A stretch of 64,000 nucleotides of DNA, from the NCBI GenBank assembly GCA_963819045.1, contig CAWFUV010000031.1, positions 19,941 to 83,940 on the forward strand. The letters run 5' to 3'. Position 1 is the first letter of the stretch. The number at the start of each line of letters is the position of its first letter. The notes under the pieces were generated by a model that was given only the letters and a program-made list of their open reading frames with translations, was not told the origin of the DNA and searched no databases. Position numbers and translations under genes: made by a program. The DNA is from an uncultured Chitinophagaceae bacterium. Lineage in GTDB: Bacteria > Bacteroidota > Bacteroidia > Chitinophagales > Chitinophagaceae. Of the stretch, positions 23,102-35,934 are shown piece after piece.

Positions 23102-23299
23102 CAGGCAAGGAACAAGATTGAAGAGATAAGATTCAAAGTTTAAAGGATAAGGATTAAGACTAAGTAAACAAAGCGCAAGCACAAGATACAAGTTTTAAAA
23201 GGAGGTATGGGCACTTTGGCTCAGTGGAAAGAGATATAAGTGGGAAAAGTAAGCTGCTGCATCCATTTTTATTTTTCATTTCTCTAAAACAAAATAATT

Positions 23300-24163
23300 A
23301 TGCTTTGGCAAGGCAGAAGAGAAAGCGATAACGTAGAAGACCGCAGGGGTATAGGTGGACGTGGAATGGCTGTAGGTGGCGGAATAGGCACAATGGTTAT
23401 TGCTTTGATCGTTTATTTATTGGGTGGTAATCCCAATCAGGTGCTAAATACGAATTCAGCACAACAAGCACCAACACAACAAGCAGCACCGGCTAACGAC
23501 CAAACAACCCATTTCGTAAGGACTGTAATGGCAGATACAGAGGACATATGGAGTCAATTGTTTAGTAAAATGGGACGCCAATATGAAGATCCGCATCTTG
23601 TATTATTTAGCGGCGTTACCGAAAGCGCCTGTGGTAATGCCTCTCAGGCTACTGGTCCGTTTTACTGTCCCGGCGATTCTAAAGTGTACTTAGATGCTTC
23701 TTTTTTTGAAGAGTTGCAGAACCGTTTTGGTGCCGAAGGGGGCGACTTTGCCGATGCGTATGTGATCGCTCACGAAGTAGGGCACCATGTACAGCATTTA
23801 TTGGGCATTACCGATAAAGTGGATGCACAGCGTGGCAGAGTCAGCGAAACAGAACAAAATGCACTCTCCGTACGGCTGGAGTTGCAGGCTGATTTCTTTG
23901 CCGGTGTGTGGGCACATTATGAAGCACAGCAAAAAGCAGCCAATGATCCTAACAGAAGCGTAATACAGGAAGGTGATATAGAAAAAGCTTTAAATGCAGC
24001 CAGCACCATCGGTGACGATAGACTACAGAAAGAATCACAAGGTTATGTAGTGCCTGATGCTTTTACACATGGCACTTCCGCACAGCGGGTACGGTGGTTT
24101 AAAAAAGGATTTGATACAGGGGATATTAACCAGGGAGATACATTTAATGCTACAGATTTGTAG
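23300..24163 (+). CDS. Neutral zinc metallopeptidase (YpfJ-like)
   Basis: RESDNVEDRR, GPFYCP, HEVGH and ELQAD motifs. Confidence 0.9.
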   Translation: MLWQGRRESDNVEDRRGIGGRGMAVGGGIGTMVIALIVYLLGGNPNQVLNTNSAQQAPTQQAAPANDQTTHFVRTVMADTEDIWSQLFSKMGRQYEDPHLVLFSGVTESACGNASQATGPFYCPGDSKVYLDASFFEELQNRFGAEGGDFADAYVIAHEVGHHVQHLLGITDKVDAQRGRVSETEQNALSVRLELQADFFAGVWAHYEAQQKAANDPNRSVIQEGDIEKALNAASTIGDDRLQKESQGYVVPDAFTHGTSAQRVRWFKKGFDTGDINQGDTFNATDL

Positions 24164-24337
24164 ATTTAGCTCTATTAATGGCACCTGTTTATATCTTTAG
24201 CGGGACTGGGTACAACATAGATAGTATCCAGTTCCAAACCTTATTACCTTAATAACACGCTCTAACACCACACAACTCCAAACCTTATTACATTATTTAC
24301 TTCTACACTTTAGTATTTCATTTCCTTTATTTACTAA

Positions 24338-25506
<1,169 letters not shown>

Positions 25507-25650
25507 CCATCTTTCACATTAGACCAACAGGTTTATAACTAATTTTGAAGCAATGAAAAAACTTGTGAATAGAGAATTGCCTATAATAAATAAGTGATTT
25601 ATACTTACCCCGACAACTCACCATTCACAATTCACCATTCACAATTGACA

Positions 25651-26745
25651 ATGAAAATACTCGACTGGTATATTATTAAAAATTTCCTGGTTACTTTTTT
25701 CTTCTCCATTTTTCTGTTTACAGTTATTGCTGTAGTAGTTGATGTAAGCGAGAAGACGGACGATTTTGTAAAGTCTGGCTTAACTTTTATGCAGATTGTC
25801 AACCAGTATTATATTCCATTCATCCCCCACATCATTGCTTTATTGTTCCCGCTGTTTGTATTTATCGCAGTTATCTTTTTTACATCCAAACTGGCAGGGC
25901 GTAGTGAGATTATCGCAATACTTGCCGGTGGCGTTACTTATCGCCGCCTCATGCTGCCATATTTTATTGGTGGTTTATTGCTGGCGGGTTTATTATTAGT
26001 TTCTAACGCATACGTTATACCACAAGCCGAAGTAAAAAGATTGGTATTTGAGGCAACATACATTGATAATAATTCACCATCAGATGCGGTGTTTTCCAAC
26101 CGGCAGGTAAACAGGTATTTCCGTGTTGACTCCTTTACTTATGCAGGAGTTATCAACTACGATACGCTTACAAAGCGTGGTGGACCTTTTTTCATGCATA
26201 CAATAAAAAACAACCAACTGGTGTACAATATGCGTGCGGGGACCATGCAATGGGATACAGCTACTAAGAAATGGCGGTTGGAAACTGTATATGAGCGTAC
26301 CATCAACGGACTAAAGGAAAAAGTCACCAGTGAGCCCAAAAAAGAAATGAACTTTAACTTTCGTCCCATAGACCTCAACAATGATTATCATACAAAGGAC
26401 GTGCTCACCAGCCCTGAATTGAGTAAGTACATAGTACAACAGGAACGTCGCGGTGCTGAGGGAATTAATGAGCTAAAGATTGAAAATTACCGTCGTATGG
26501 CTACACCGGTAGCCGTTATTCTCCTTACCCTTATTGGAGCAATGGTAGCAGGGCGTAAAGTCCGTGGTGGTAGCGGTGTACACCTCGCTTTTGGCTTTGT
26601 TACTGCCGCTGCATTCATCATAATGGACCGTTTTTCTACTATTTTCTCTACCAAGGGCAACCTGCCGCCTTATATAGCTGCCTGGATACCCAATCTGGTG
26701 TTCGTGTTTGTAGCAATGTATATTTATAAGAAAGCGCCGAAGTAA
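25651..26745 (+). CDS. lptG: LptF/LptG LPS export permease
   Basis: MKILDWYI start, SEIIAILAGG, AAWIPN; six-TM layout. Confidence 0.8.
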   Translation: MKILDWYIIKNFLVTFFFSIFLFTVIAVVVDVSEKTDDFVKSGLTFMQIVNQYYIPFIPHIIALLFPLFVFIAVIFFTSKLAGRSEIIAILAGGVTYRRLMLPYFIGGLLLAGLLLVSNAYVIPQAEVKRLVFEATYIDNNSPSDAVFSNRQVNRYFRVDSFTYAGVINYDTLTKRGGPFFMHTIKNNQLVYNMRAGTMQWDTATKKWRLETVYERTINGLKEKVTSEPKKEMNFNFRPIDLNNDYHTKDVLTSPELSKYIVQQERRGAEGINELKIENYRRMATPVAVILLTLIGAMVAGRKVRGGSGVHLAFGFVTAAAFIIMDRFSTIFSTKGNLPPYIAAWIPNLVFVFVAMYIYKKAPK

Positions 26746-26888
26746 TTAAAAGCCTTAAAATAGTTGAATTCCAGCTATATAACACTATGCTGCGGAGAAG
26801 CAGGTCTCCAAGCACCATTATCGTTCCAATCGGCTTCCGTTAACTGCTTTATACCATACATGCTTTACCTAAAGCCCACAGTTCATAT

Positions 26889-27236
26889 CCGGCAACTTGC
26901 AACCGGTAACTGGTATCAGGCTACCTGTTTGAATCTGGTATAAATAGGGCATAAAGCCCTGCCTTCTCCCTACCTGAGCCATACTAAAGCCATGGTAAAG
27001 TCATGGATAGTTCATGAGAAGCCATAGTAAAGACCTGCTTCCTTCCTATAAATGCTATACATATCCCTCTTCCTGAATTCTAAACCTTACCTTTTTGTCC
27101 AAACTCCTAATCCTGAGAACGCGTGAACCCGTAAACTCGTGAACTTGTAAACTTCCTTGCTTTCTCAGTATCTAAGCCCTACCTCAGTCATATCTAAGCC
27201 GTATCTGAGCCGTATATCCTTCGATGATCCTACGTT
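26889..27236 (+). repeat. Composite intergenic element: leader, array B (26968-27032), 8-mer tract, array C (27160-27236)
   Basis: Homologous to 7741-8064 in the same module order. Confidence 0.85.
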
Positions 27237-27510
27237 TTTTTTCAATATTCAGGTGGTAATTAATGATTATAAGAAGTATCCTTTAGCAGCTCAGGAAGTG
27301 CAGGTGTGTAAATATATTATAACATAATAATAATTGTACTTACAATCCTCGTTCTTCTCTAAAGAAAAAAGTAAATCTATGCTCATCTGGTAGTTAATGT
27401 GCTTAACAATTACAACCGGAATTCACAATTTTTGCATAATCATAATTCCGGCGCTTTATTGGATATACTCTCTGTTATTTATCTTGCAGTATTTTTAATG
27501 AATGTGACGT

Positions 27511-28590
27511 ATGACAGATTTGGAACATTTTAATCCTAATGCACCTGGTAATCCTAACAATAACATCTTTGGCCTTCCCTTTACCGAAGAAGAAGCCAAA
27601 GTAATCATACTCCCTGTACCATGGGAAGTAACAGTAAGTTCCGGTGCAGGCACTTCGCGGAGTTCGGAACCACTACTGAAGGCCGCTTTACAGGTAGACC
27701 TTTTCGACTTCAATGTACCTAATGGCTGGAAAGCAGGGTTTTTTATGCGCGAAATGAATCGAAAGATATTAATGAAAAGCGATTACCTCCGCAAGGAAGC
27801 CGAGTTGTACATTGATTATATGACTAAAGGCAATGATGTTGGGCAAAATAAATTTATCAGTAAAAGCCTGAGAGAGATAAATGAAGGAAGTGAATTCCTG
27901 AACACCTGGGTATATGAGCAGACAAAGGAACTGCTATATGCAAACAAGCTGGTTGGCTTGCTGGGTGGCGATCATAGCATTCCTTTAGGATATATAAAAG
28001 CCCTGGCAGAAAAGCATGGTGAATTTGGCATTCTGCAAATAGATGCGCACTGCGATTTACGGAAAGCATACGAAGCCTTTACTTACTCGCATGCCTCCAT
28101 TATGTATAATGTATTAAAAGAAGTGCAGGAAGTATCTCGCCTGGTGCAAATAGGTATTCGCGACTTGTGTGAGGAAGAATGGACCCGGGTTCAGGAAAGC
28201 GATAACCGGATTATCATTTACCTCGACCAGCAAGTGAAAGAGCGTATGTATGAAGGTGAACACTGGAAAGAGATTGCTGATGAAATCATTAGTCAATTGC
28301 CCGATAAAGTGTATATATCCTTTGATATTGACGGTCTTGATCCCAAACTGTGCCCCAATACCGGCACTCCTGTACCTGGAGGCTTTGATGCCCCACAGGT
28401 AGTATATCTCTTTAATAAAATGGTAGAACAAGGGAAGCAGATCATTGGCTTCGACCTGGTAGAAATAGGCAGTGGCGAAGGTTGCATAGATGCCAATGTA
28501 GGTGCCAGGTTATTATGGCGACTTTGTAACCTTTTGGTAAAATGCGAGCATATGAATGAAGTGCCGGAAAAGATGGCAGAGCTGAAGTAA
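27511..28590 (+). CDS. speB: Agmatinase/ureohydrolase family protein
   Basis: GGDHS, DAHCD and SFDIDGLDP motifs. Confidence 0.8.
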   Translation: MTDLEHFNPNAPGNPNNNIFGLPFTEEEAKVIILPVPWEVTVSSGAGTSRSSEPLLKAALQVDLFDFNVPNGWKAGFFMREMNRKILMKSDYLRKEAELYIDYMTKGNDVGQNKFISKSLREINEGSEFLNTWVYEQTKELLYANKLVGLLGGDHSIPLGYIKALAEKHGEFGILQIDAHCDLRKAYEAFTYSHASIMYNVLKEVQEVSRLVQIGIRDLCEEEWTRVQESDNRIIIYLDQQVKERMYEGEHWKEIADEIISQLPDKVYISFDIDGLDPKLCPNTGTPVPGGFDAPQVVYLFNKMVEQGKQIIGFDLVEIGSGEGCIDANVGARLLWRLCNLLVKCEHMNEVPEKMAELK

Positions 28591-28628
28591 CTTGCTTTCA
28601 TTTTAAAGTTTAGAGTAGAGAATAAGAT

Positions 28629-29220
28629 ATGAGCAGGTACAACTATGTTATTACAGTGAAGCAGTCGGATTATAAAAGTGCTAATGCAGTTAGCACGTTA
28701 ATGCTGATGCTGGCATTAGCTGTATTTATTTATACTGCATGGACTCACTGGTCATCCAGGACATACCATAATGCAGCGATTTTGTACGCTGTCTTAAGCT
28801 CCTTCATAACAGTTTGGTGTATCTATTCCCTTGTATTTGCTCCCCGGCTGAAACGTGTACCATACTACCGGTTAGCCTTGGCAGCAGCAGCAATTGGCTG
28901 GTTTGTAGAGCCATTAAATAATTATTGGATGGGCGCTCTATATGCATTAGGAGTCTTAATAGAAAGGCAGGTAAAGTTTCCTGCAGAAATTGGAGTAGAC
29001 GACTCGGGTATCACCTTCAATAGCCTGCCCTCCAAATCATACAAATGGCATGAAATTAATAACATGCTTTTGAAAGACGATATTATCACAATTGATTTCA
29101 AGAATAATAAAATTTATCAAAAAGAAACAGAAGCAGATGTAAGCGCCTTCACTTGAAAAAGAGTTTAATGCGTATTGCAGTGTAAAACTAAGCGAAGCGG
29201 TCATTGCTCCTGTAAGCTAA
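28629..29220 (+). CDS. Hypothetical membrane protein; probable frameshift near 29150
   Basis: Four TM helices, WHEINNMLLKDDIITIDFKNN; shifted frame continues LEKEFNAYC. Confidence 0.7.
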
Positions 29221-29225
29221 TTATC

Positions 29226-30536
29226 ATGTCTTTTACACAATCACCATATTTATTGTACTCCGATGGCAAAGGCAGCATCTTTGAAGATGAAACACTCTTT
29301 GCCGTTGGACGCGCCGGCTGGGATGCCTTCCCGGTACCGGAGGAAGACTGGATGGAACTGCCTGATGGCGGCAACTTGTATGAATTACCCGGTCGTAAAG
29401 CTATTGGCATAGATGTCCGCACAGGCAATATGCGCCTGTGTACTAAAGGCTGGGCGGTAGCCGCTTTTATACCCCCGGCACATACCGGTTTATTTTTGGC
29501 AGCTTACGAGTCCGAGCCTGATGCTCCTACACTCCCACTTTTCTGCTATACGGCTGCGGGCTGGTATAATAATAAGTTTTATGTTCCGGCAGTACGGATA
29601 GAGCAGGATATCCGCCAGGAATGTGTGGGATACGATGATAGCAAAATTCAATCCGGAGCAGCGCACCTGTTGCAGGCTTATCCGCACAACCGCTTGGTAC
29701 AGCACCTGATGAATAATTGCTGTAATACTTATCATTGCCCGGCTGCAAGGAACTTTGCATTAGGCAGATGGGAATGCCCGGTGCCCTCTTCGCCGGCTTG
29801 CAATGCCAATTGTATCGGATGTATTTCTTTTCAGCCTGAAGAAGAAACGATTGTTTCTACACAAGACAGACTGCAGTTCAAGCCAACCCCCGAAGAAATT
29901 ACTGAGTTTACTGTACCGCACCTGTTACATGCACCTTATCCCATTGTCAGCTTCGGGCAGGGCTGCGAAGGGGAGCCCCTGCTGATGTGGCAAACCATTC
30001 GGGAGGCAATTATCGAGATACGCAAACATACAGACAAGGGCAGCATCAACATCAATACCAACGGCTCAAAGCCTGATGCAGTGAAAGCATTATGTGAGGC
30101 TGGTTTGAACAGTATTCGTGTAAGTACCAATTCTGCCCGTAAATCCGTCTATACCAGGTATTACCGCCCAAATAATTACCAGTTTGAAGATATTGTAGAA
30201 AGTCTCAAAGTAGTACGCGGCTACGGCGGCTGGACTAGCATTAACTATTTTGTTTTTCCCGGAATGACTGACAGCCTAGAGGAATATGAAGCATTACGTA
30301 AACTGATCATAGAAACAGACTTGAACATGATACAGTGGCGCAACTTCAATATTGATCCCGATTGGTATTTGGGTCTGATGGGGCAAACCGATATGAGCGA
30401 AATACTGGGTGTAAAGCAATTGATGGAACTAATTCATGAAGAGTTTCCACAAGTAAAATTCGGCTATTACAATCCACCAATAGAGAGAATTAAGGGTAAT
30501 TACAATAAAGACTTTGCTAGAACAATGACAGTATAA
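29226..30536 (+). CDS. Radical SAM protein
   Basis: CNANCIGC (CxxxCxxC), GQGCEGEP and NTNG motifs. Confidence 0.9.
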   Translation: MSFTQSPYLLYSDGKGSIFEDETLFAVGRAGWDAFPVPEEDWMELPDGGNLYELPGRKAIGIDVRTGNMRLCTKGWAVAAFIPPAHTGLFLAAYESEPDAPTLPLFCYTAAGWYNNKFYVPAVRIEQDIRQECVGYDDSKIQSGAAHLLQAYPHNRLVQHLMNNCCNTYHCPAARNFALGRWECPVPSSPACNANCIGCISFQPEEETIVSTQDRLQFKPTPEEITEFTVPHLLHAPYPIVSFGQGCEGEPLLMWQTIREAIIEIRKHTDKGSININTNGSKPDAVKALCEAGLNSIRVSTNSARKSVYTRYYRPNNYQFEDIVESLKVVRGYGGWTSINYFVFPGMTDSLEEYEALRKLIIETDLNMIQWRNFNIDPDWYLGLMGQTDMSEILGVKQLMELIHEEFPQVKFGYYNPPIERIKGNYNKDFARTMTV

Positions 30537-30607
30537 TATTAGGGAACGATAAGCCCCAACTGCAAAGAGTTAAAACGCAACGATCTGGTATTTATTCATT
30601 TTAAAGC

Positions 30608-30645
30608 AAAAAGGTTCGGAGCTTTTAAAAGCTCCGAACCTTTTT
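30608..30645. terminator. Bidirectional terminator
   Basis: aaaaaggttcggagctttt / aaaagctccgaaccttttt perfect palindrome. Confidence 0.85.
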
Positions 30646-30682
30646 ATCTTATTAATCTAAACAATCTCTCCAAATCTCCGTT

Positions 30683-31813
30683 CTAGTAAGACCAGAGTGA
30701 CTGCTCGTAGTTAAATATTTTATCTTTTACGTTCTCCCCTGCATACAACCTGAATAAAGGATCTTTGATGGATTCACGTATAGACTGATCAAAGGTATTG
30801 TCCATTGAAGACTTAGTAATATAGCTGCTGAACATACGGTTCTCAAACAATTCATCCCAGGTCATACGTGCACCTATATTTTTAGGATTATAAGCCTGAT
30901 ACTTAGTGAGTGTAGGACGAAGGTCGGGATAATATATCCACCAGGTTGGATGGTCACTGTTTTCGAGTCTCAAACCATTAGATAAGGTGACAGGAATAAT
31001 AGGCGCAATACCTAATATACGAACATACATGCGGCTGGTATTCTTGTCAAAGATCCATTCTTCTTTCAAACGGAACTTGTAAATAGAATCTGGTTCTACA
31101 GCTTTAGCTCTTACCTGGTAGCCGGTCACATTGCCCTGCATATCATATACTTTCGAAGTGTCGAAACCACCACCGAAAGCTGATATTGCCTGGTCAGGCG
31201 TAATAGGCGTGGTAAAACGATCATCATCCGCACTAAAGGCAGTAACACTACCATCCTTAATAGCTCTTAAAAGAATACTAATGAAACGCTGGCTACCATT
31301 ATCTTCTACGGCTGCATAGCGGAATGGCAGGTTCAATTTCTCGCGGGTATCAATTTCACGCCATACACGCACCCGGAATACCGCGTCATCTTCGCGTATG
31401 TTTTGATATTCCAGAGGCGTACGCTCCAGCACCAGATCTCTCTCAACCGCAGCATCATCACGCAGCGAAGGGCGTACAGAATCTAACAAACCACCACTGG
31501 TAGATTGTATAGCCTGAAAAGGTAAGGTGGTATCTATACCATTATTTGCTGGTGCAGCATTGCCATAACCGGACTGATTACCAGCATTGGTATTACCGTA
31601 ACCAGTACCAGTATTACCAGTATTGCCGTAGCCCGACTTGTTATTATTCCCTTTCCTGGTTGTATCAGCGGTGGTATTACTAGTATTACCGTAAGCACTA
31701 TTGCCATAAGCACTACCACTGCGAACCTGCTTTTTACGCTGAGCCATACCAGTATTAACCAGTGTAATAACTAGTATCAATACTGCTAAGCTTTTGAAAT
31801 ATTTTACCTGCAT
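30683..31813 (-). CDS. gldN: Gliding motility/T9SS protein GldN
   Basis: REDD...VWREID, KEEWIFDK, RILGIAP; position in operon. Confidence 0.9.
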   Translation of the reverse strand: MQVKYFKSLAVLILVITLVNTGMAQRKKQVRSGSAYGNSAYGNTSNTTADTTRKGNNNKSGYGNTGNTGTGYGNTNAGNQSGYGNAAPANNGIDTTLPFQAIQSTSGGLLDSVRPSLRDDAAVERDLVLERTPLEYQNIREDDAVFRVRVWREIDTREKLNLPFRYAAVEDNGSQRFISILLRAIKDGSVTAFSADDDRFTTPITPDQAISAFGGGFDTSKVYDMQGNVTGYQVRAKAVEPDSIYKFRLKEEWIFDKNTSRMYVRILGIAPIIPVTLSNGLRLENSDHPTWWIYYPDLRPTLTKYQAYNPKNIGARMTWDELFENRMFSSYITKSSMDNTFDQSIRESIKDPLFRLYAGENVKDKIFNYEQSLWSY

Positions 31814-31825
31814 ACAAGATTTATA

Positions 31826-33352
31826 TTAAGGTCTTAAATTGAACTGAATAGGAGGTAATGTGCGACTTCCACCAGGGCCGGTCACCTTAATCTCGTCAAT
31901 AGTAACCGCACTACCTGGACGGCATTTTTCAATCAGGTCTCTTACTGAATTGAAAGTTGCACCATTTACCTGTCTGAATTGTAACCCTTCAGAGAAGCCC
32001 GCACCCTGGCAAACGATGGTGTAACCAGTAACATTAAATTGAACACCTTCAAATACGAAGTTTTCCAACTCTGCACGTACACCTGCCTGTGCCTTGAAAT
32101 CATTAACCCTTGTAGGACCACCCTTGCTGGCACCTACCATACCAACCGGGTCTGGTACACTTTTCACACGGAACGGAAACACCTGTGGCTTGCCATCTAT
32201 AGTAAGAGTAATGTTTGCAGTACCTGGTCTGCCGGGTCTTACAATATAATGTCCTGGCTTATCTTTAGTGAAGGAACCATTATCCATATTAAATCCGATA
32301 CGCTCATCACCTACATTACCACCGCTTACAGAAATGGGGTTATCCAAACCGATGTAGAGCACTTTTACAGCATCGGCACTTACTGTAGCACCAGTTGGTG
32401 AACCAACAGTATACTTAATATCTTTTGTTACGGTCTTTACCTTACCATCATTCGGATCTGTATAGGTAATCACAACATGTTTTACATACTGTCCCGGACT
32501 TGTTTCTGCTTTTGTCTTTACTTCATAATCACCTTGCGGAGTACGAACAGCAGAAGCTCCATTTACTGTAACATTCGGTGTTGCCTTACTGCTGTATGCT
32601 CCTATACCTGCATTAATGGAGAGGTCTTCTCCAGGCATAAGGTAAGTGGCGCTGGCATTAGCAATTACCTGGAACTGGTCGTAGTTAAATATTACACGTC
32701 CTACACGGGAAAGGCAATACTCTACTACCTGCGACTCACTATTCTTTACATCATTCTGAAATTTGCTCAAAATGGTCATAGCGGCAATAGCAGGAGTCAT
32801 ACGGAAGTAAGCTGCAGTCCAGGTATTATTGGTTTGATCCTGAACTTTAGGCATAGATAAATCTATTGGTAAAGTCTTACCTACTTCTGCAGTAATTTTC
32901 GGATCTATTTTTAACAAGGCATCCTTATACTTAGTAAGTTCAGCTAACAGTTTAGGCCCTTCGCCTTTTTCATCCATTAACCTTGTAGCTGCTTCAAGGC
33001 TACCTTCGTTGTAAGTACCTTTTGCTTTATCGTAATCTGCTTCATCCCTTAATCTAGTCTGCAGATTTACAATATAATTATTCATACCATCTGCCAAAGC
33101 CTTTGCCTTATTTGCTTTTGCTTCCCACTCTTCAGCCTGCACTCTCCTTGCTTCATCTTTCTTCATATCCTCGAAAGAATTGAACATTTGAATGTTCTTT
33201 CCTTCAATATTGGCAGTAGCATTATTCAAGCTATTATTTACAGTTCTGAAGGCATTCAATATTTCTGATGATACATTTAGTGCCAGCAGCGCTGTAAGCA
33301 CCAAATACATCAGGTTAATCATTTTCTGCCGTGGCTCTTTGGGTAGTGCCAT
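31826..33352 (-). CDS. gldM: Gliding motility/T9SS protein GldM
   Basis: PRQKMINLMYLVLTALLALNVS N-terminus. Confidence 0.95.
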   Translation of the reverse strand: MALPKEPRQKMINLMYLVLTALLALNVSSEILNAFRTVNNSLNNATANIEGKNIQMFNSFEDMKKDEARRVQAEEWEAKANKAKALADGMNNYIVNLQTRLRDEADYDKAKGTYNEGSLEAATRLMDEKGEGPKLLAELTKYKDALLKIDPKITAEVGKTLPIDLSMPKVQDQTNNTWTAAYFRMTPAIAAMTILSKFQNDVKNSESQVVEYCLSRVGRVIFNYDQFQVIANASATYLMPGEDLSINAGIGAYSSKATPNVTVNGASAVRTPQGDYEVKTKAETSPGQYVKHVVITYTDPNDGKVKTVTKDIKYTVGSPTGATVSADAVKVLYIGLDNPISVSGGNVGDERIGFNMDNGSFTKDKPGHYIVRPGRPGTANITLTIDGKPQVFPFRVKSVPDPVGMVGASKGGPTRVNDFKAQAGVRAELENFVFEGVQFNVTGYTIVCQGAGFSEGLQFRQVNGATFNSVRDLIEKCRPGSAVTIDEIKVTGPGGSRTLPPIQFNLRP

Positions 33353-33467
33353 TAGTTATTCTAAATTTTCTTTTATTTATTTGATATTGTTTTCACCAAT
33401 TATATTTAGTAAACCAGGTTTTATAATAAAAGATAACCCCTGTTCCTTTATATAATCCTATAAAGCA

Positions 33468-34241
33468 TTATGGCTTTAACTGCATAGCAGTAAGCATACC
33501 ACCATATACCTGATTGAGCTTGGTAAGATTAATTGCAAGTGTAGCAATTTGTGTCTGTGCACGCTTAGCATCTTCAGCGCTGGTTTGCATTGCCTGTGAA
33601 GCTTCATTAAGACGTCCGTAGAATGAATTTAACGCTTTCAGATGGTTATTGCTTTCCTGCAACTCCAGCTCGTAAATAGTGTTAAGCGAAGACAGGTTTT
33701 TGGTAAGCACCTGCACCTGATTGTGGAAGCCCTTAGTAGTTTCTGCAGCACCGCTAAATGCATTCATTGAATTTGCAAAAGTTGCATAAGCATCTTTTAC
33801 CGTAGATAATGCAGCAGTAGCTTCTTTTGTTTTAGAAGTATAGTCACCAGTTGCTTTTACTACATCGCCTATCTCGCCCATCTTGTCTACTGTAGTACCT
33901 AGTTTTTGAAAACCAGCGCTCAGTTTGGAAAGATTAGCTGGTGTAATATCTGCTTCCTGCAGCATTTTTTCCATGCTCTTCAAAGCAGGGTTGCCTGCTA
34001 CTGCAGCTTTTTCAGCACCGGGTAAATGAACCTCGTGGTCGTCTATAGCCGGGTACATCATGTACAATATACCATATATGCCAAATACGACTGCTTCAGT
34101 ACCTAAACCTACTATGAGCATTTCATCAGCACCTTTCCAGTGCTCAATTTTAAACAGGGCTCCAATGATCACGATTGCCGCAGCAATGGATACAAATATG
34201 TCAACGATTCTACTAACTTTTGGAGGAATTGCAGCTGCCAT
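33468..34241 (-). CDS. gldL: Gliding motility/T9SS protein GldL
   Basis: GALFKIEHW, GLGTEA and NLTKLNQVYGGMLTAM motifs. Confidence 0.95.
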   Translation of the reverse strand: MAAAIPPKVSRIVDIFVSIAAAIVIIGALFKIEHWKGADEMLIVGLGTEAVVFGIYGILYMMYPAIDDHEVHLPGAEKAAVAGNPALKSMEKMLQEADITPANLSKLSAGFQKLGTTVDKMGEIGDVVKATGDYTSKTKEATAALSTVKDAYATFANSMNAFSGAAETTKGFHNQVQVLTKNLSSLNTIYELELQESNNHLKALNSFYGRLNEASQAMQTSAEDAKRAQTQIATLAINLTKLNQVYGGMLTAMQLKP

Positions 34242-34319
34242 TTGTTATTTGTTTTTGATATTGATTTGATTACAGGAATAAATGTTAAGACCTTGTGTTC
34301 TTTATTAAATAAAATTGTC

Positions 34320-35600
34320 TTATTTTCTTAATTGCGCTGGTAAGTCTATTACACAACGGAAACCAATATAAGACTTTGCAGAGTCTTGATACTCGTATGT
34401 GCGGGTGCTTGTTTGCAGGTAATAGCCAACATCTTTCCAGCTACCGCCGCGAACCACTTTGCGTTTCATACGTGGAGGATCAGTGTCTTTTGCATTGTAG
34501 CGCACATCAGGGTTCATATCGTGCTGGAAGTTGTAGGAACCTTCATAGTAATAAGAACCAGTCCACTCTGCTACGTTACCTGCCATATTGTATAGTCCAA
34601 AATCATTAGGCCAATAGGCATCGGCACGCACAGTATAAAAGCCTCCATCTTCAGGATAGTTGCCACGACCAGGCTTAAAGTTTGCCAACAGGCAACCCTT
34701 TTTATTTCTTAAATAATAGTTACCCCAAGGGTACATAGACTGGCTGCGGCCACCGCGGGCTGCATATTCCCATTCAGCTTCTGATGGAAGACGGAAATCA
34801 CTCTCCTGTGCATATTTCTTCTTTTCATTAAAAGCATTCAGGTAATGCGTTCTCCATGCACAGAAAGCAACTGCCTGTTTCCAGTTAACTCCAACTACAG
34901 GATAGTTGCCAAAAGCAGGATGAGAAAAATAACGCTTTGCCATTGGCTCATTATAAGAATAAGAAAAATCTCTCATCCATACCAGCGTGTCAGGGAAAAC
35001 TTTTTGGTTGTAACGGTAGATAAAATCTTTGCGTGGACGGTTAGCATTCTCACGTTTAGCAGCTTCATTAAAGTCATATCCTTGCACGTTGTATACCATC
35101 TTGTCCGGATCCAGTTCCATTCTGCCATATATGCGATTATCAGGCGCCAATACCAAAGCAGACAATTTTTCCATATTTGCTTTGTCGTACTTGATAGTTG
35201 CAGCTTTTTTCCAGTCTACAGCGGTATCACCATCAGCACTAGATTTTATATATCCCAGTTCTACGGCAGCCAGTGAATCCCTGGTCCAGTACACAAACTG
35301 ACGGTATTCGTTGTTGGTTATTTCCGTAGCATCCATCCAGAAGCCATTAATAGATACCTCCTTATTGCGGGAGGTGTAATTGAAATTAACGTCCTCATCG
35401 CTTGGGCCCATATGGAAAGTTCCGGCAGGTATATACACCATCCCTTTGGGTTTATCCATACTGACGTGGGAAGAGGGCGCAACACCTACTAATTGACCAT
35501 TGTCGGGCACAGCGCTTTTGGATTTTCCTTTGCTACTACAGCCAAAAGCGGCTGCAGCAAATGCGGTTAAGATGAAATAGGTGAAAAATCGATTTTTCAT
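34320..35600 (-). CDS. gldK: Gliding motility/T9SS lipoprotein GldK
   Basis: Lipobox; FGE/SUMF1 domain RLPSEAEWEYAARGG and MAGNVAEW; first gene of gldKLMN. Confidence 0.9.
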   Translation of the reverse strand: MKNRFFTYFILTAFAAAAFGCSSKGKSKSAVPDNGQLVGVAPSSHVSMDKPKGMVYIPAGTFHMGPSDEDVNFNYTSRNKEVSINGFWMDATEITNNEYRQFVYWTRDSLAAVELGYIKSSADGDTAVDWKKAATIKYDKANMEKLSALVLAPDNRIYGRMELDPDKMVYNVQGYDFNEAAKRENANRPRKDFIYRYNQKVFPDTLVWMRDFSYSYNEPMAKRYFSHPAFGNYPVVGVNWKQAVAFCAWRTHYLNAFNEKKKYAQESDFRLPSEAEWEYAARGGRSQSMYPWGNYYLRNKKGCLLANFKPGRGNYPEDGGFYTVRADAYWPNDFGLYNMAGNVAEWTGSYYYEGSYNFQHDMNPDVRYNAKDTDPPRMKRKVVRGGSWKDVGYYLQTSTRTYEYQDSAKSYIGFRCVIDLPAQLRK

Positions 35601-35934
35601 TTATGATGGTTTTGAAACCTTACAAGAGTTGATAAATTCCGTACTAATTGCTCCCTTATTAACAATTGCAATAATACAATTTAACGTGGTGTTAGATCGA
35701 TTTATTGCCTTAAATATTTTTTAATTTGACTATAATTTCTACTTAAAACATTAAATTCCATATTGCTTTGATGGTCTACATCTCCTGCACAATTCTTTTA
35801 AATTGCACTTTATTTATAAGCAATAATTATCAGCCAATCAGGCACAATTATCCTTTTAGAGAAACGAGATTACTATTGCTTTATTGCAAAAATTACATCT
35901 TTAATTACAACTATTCCAGGGTTTAATTTCTGTC

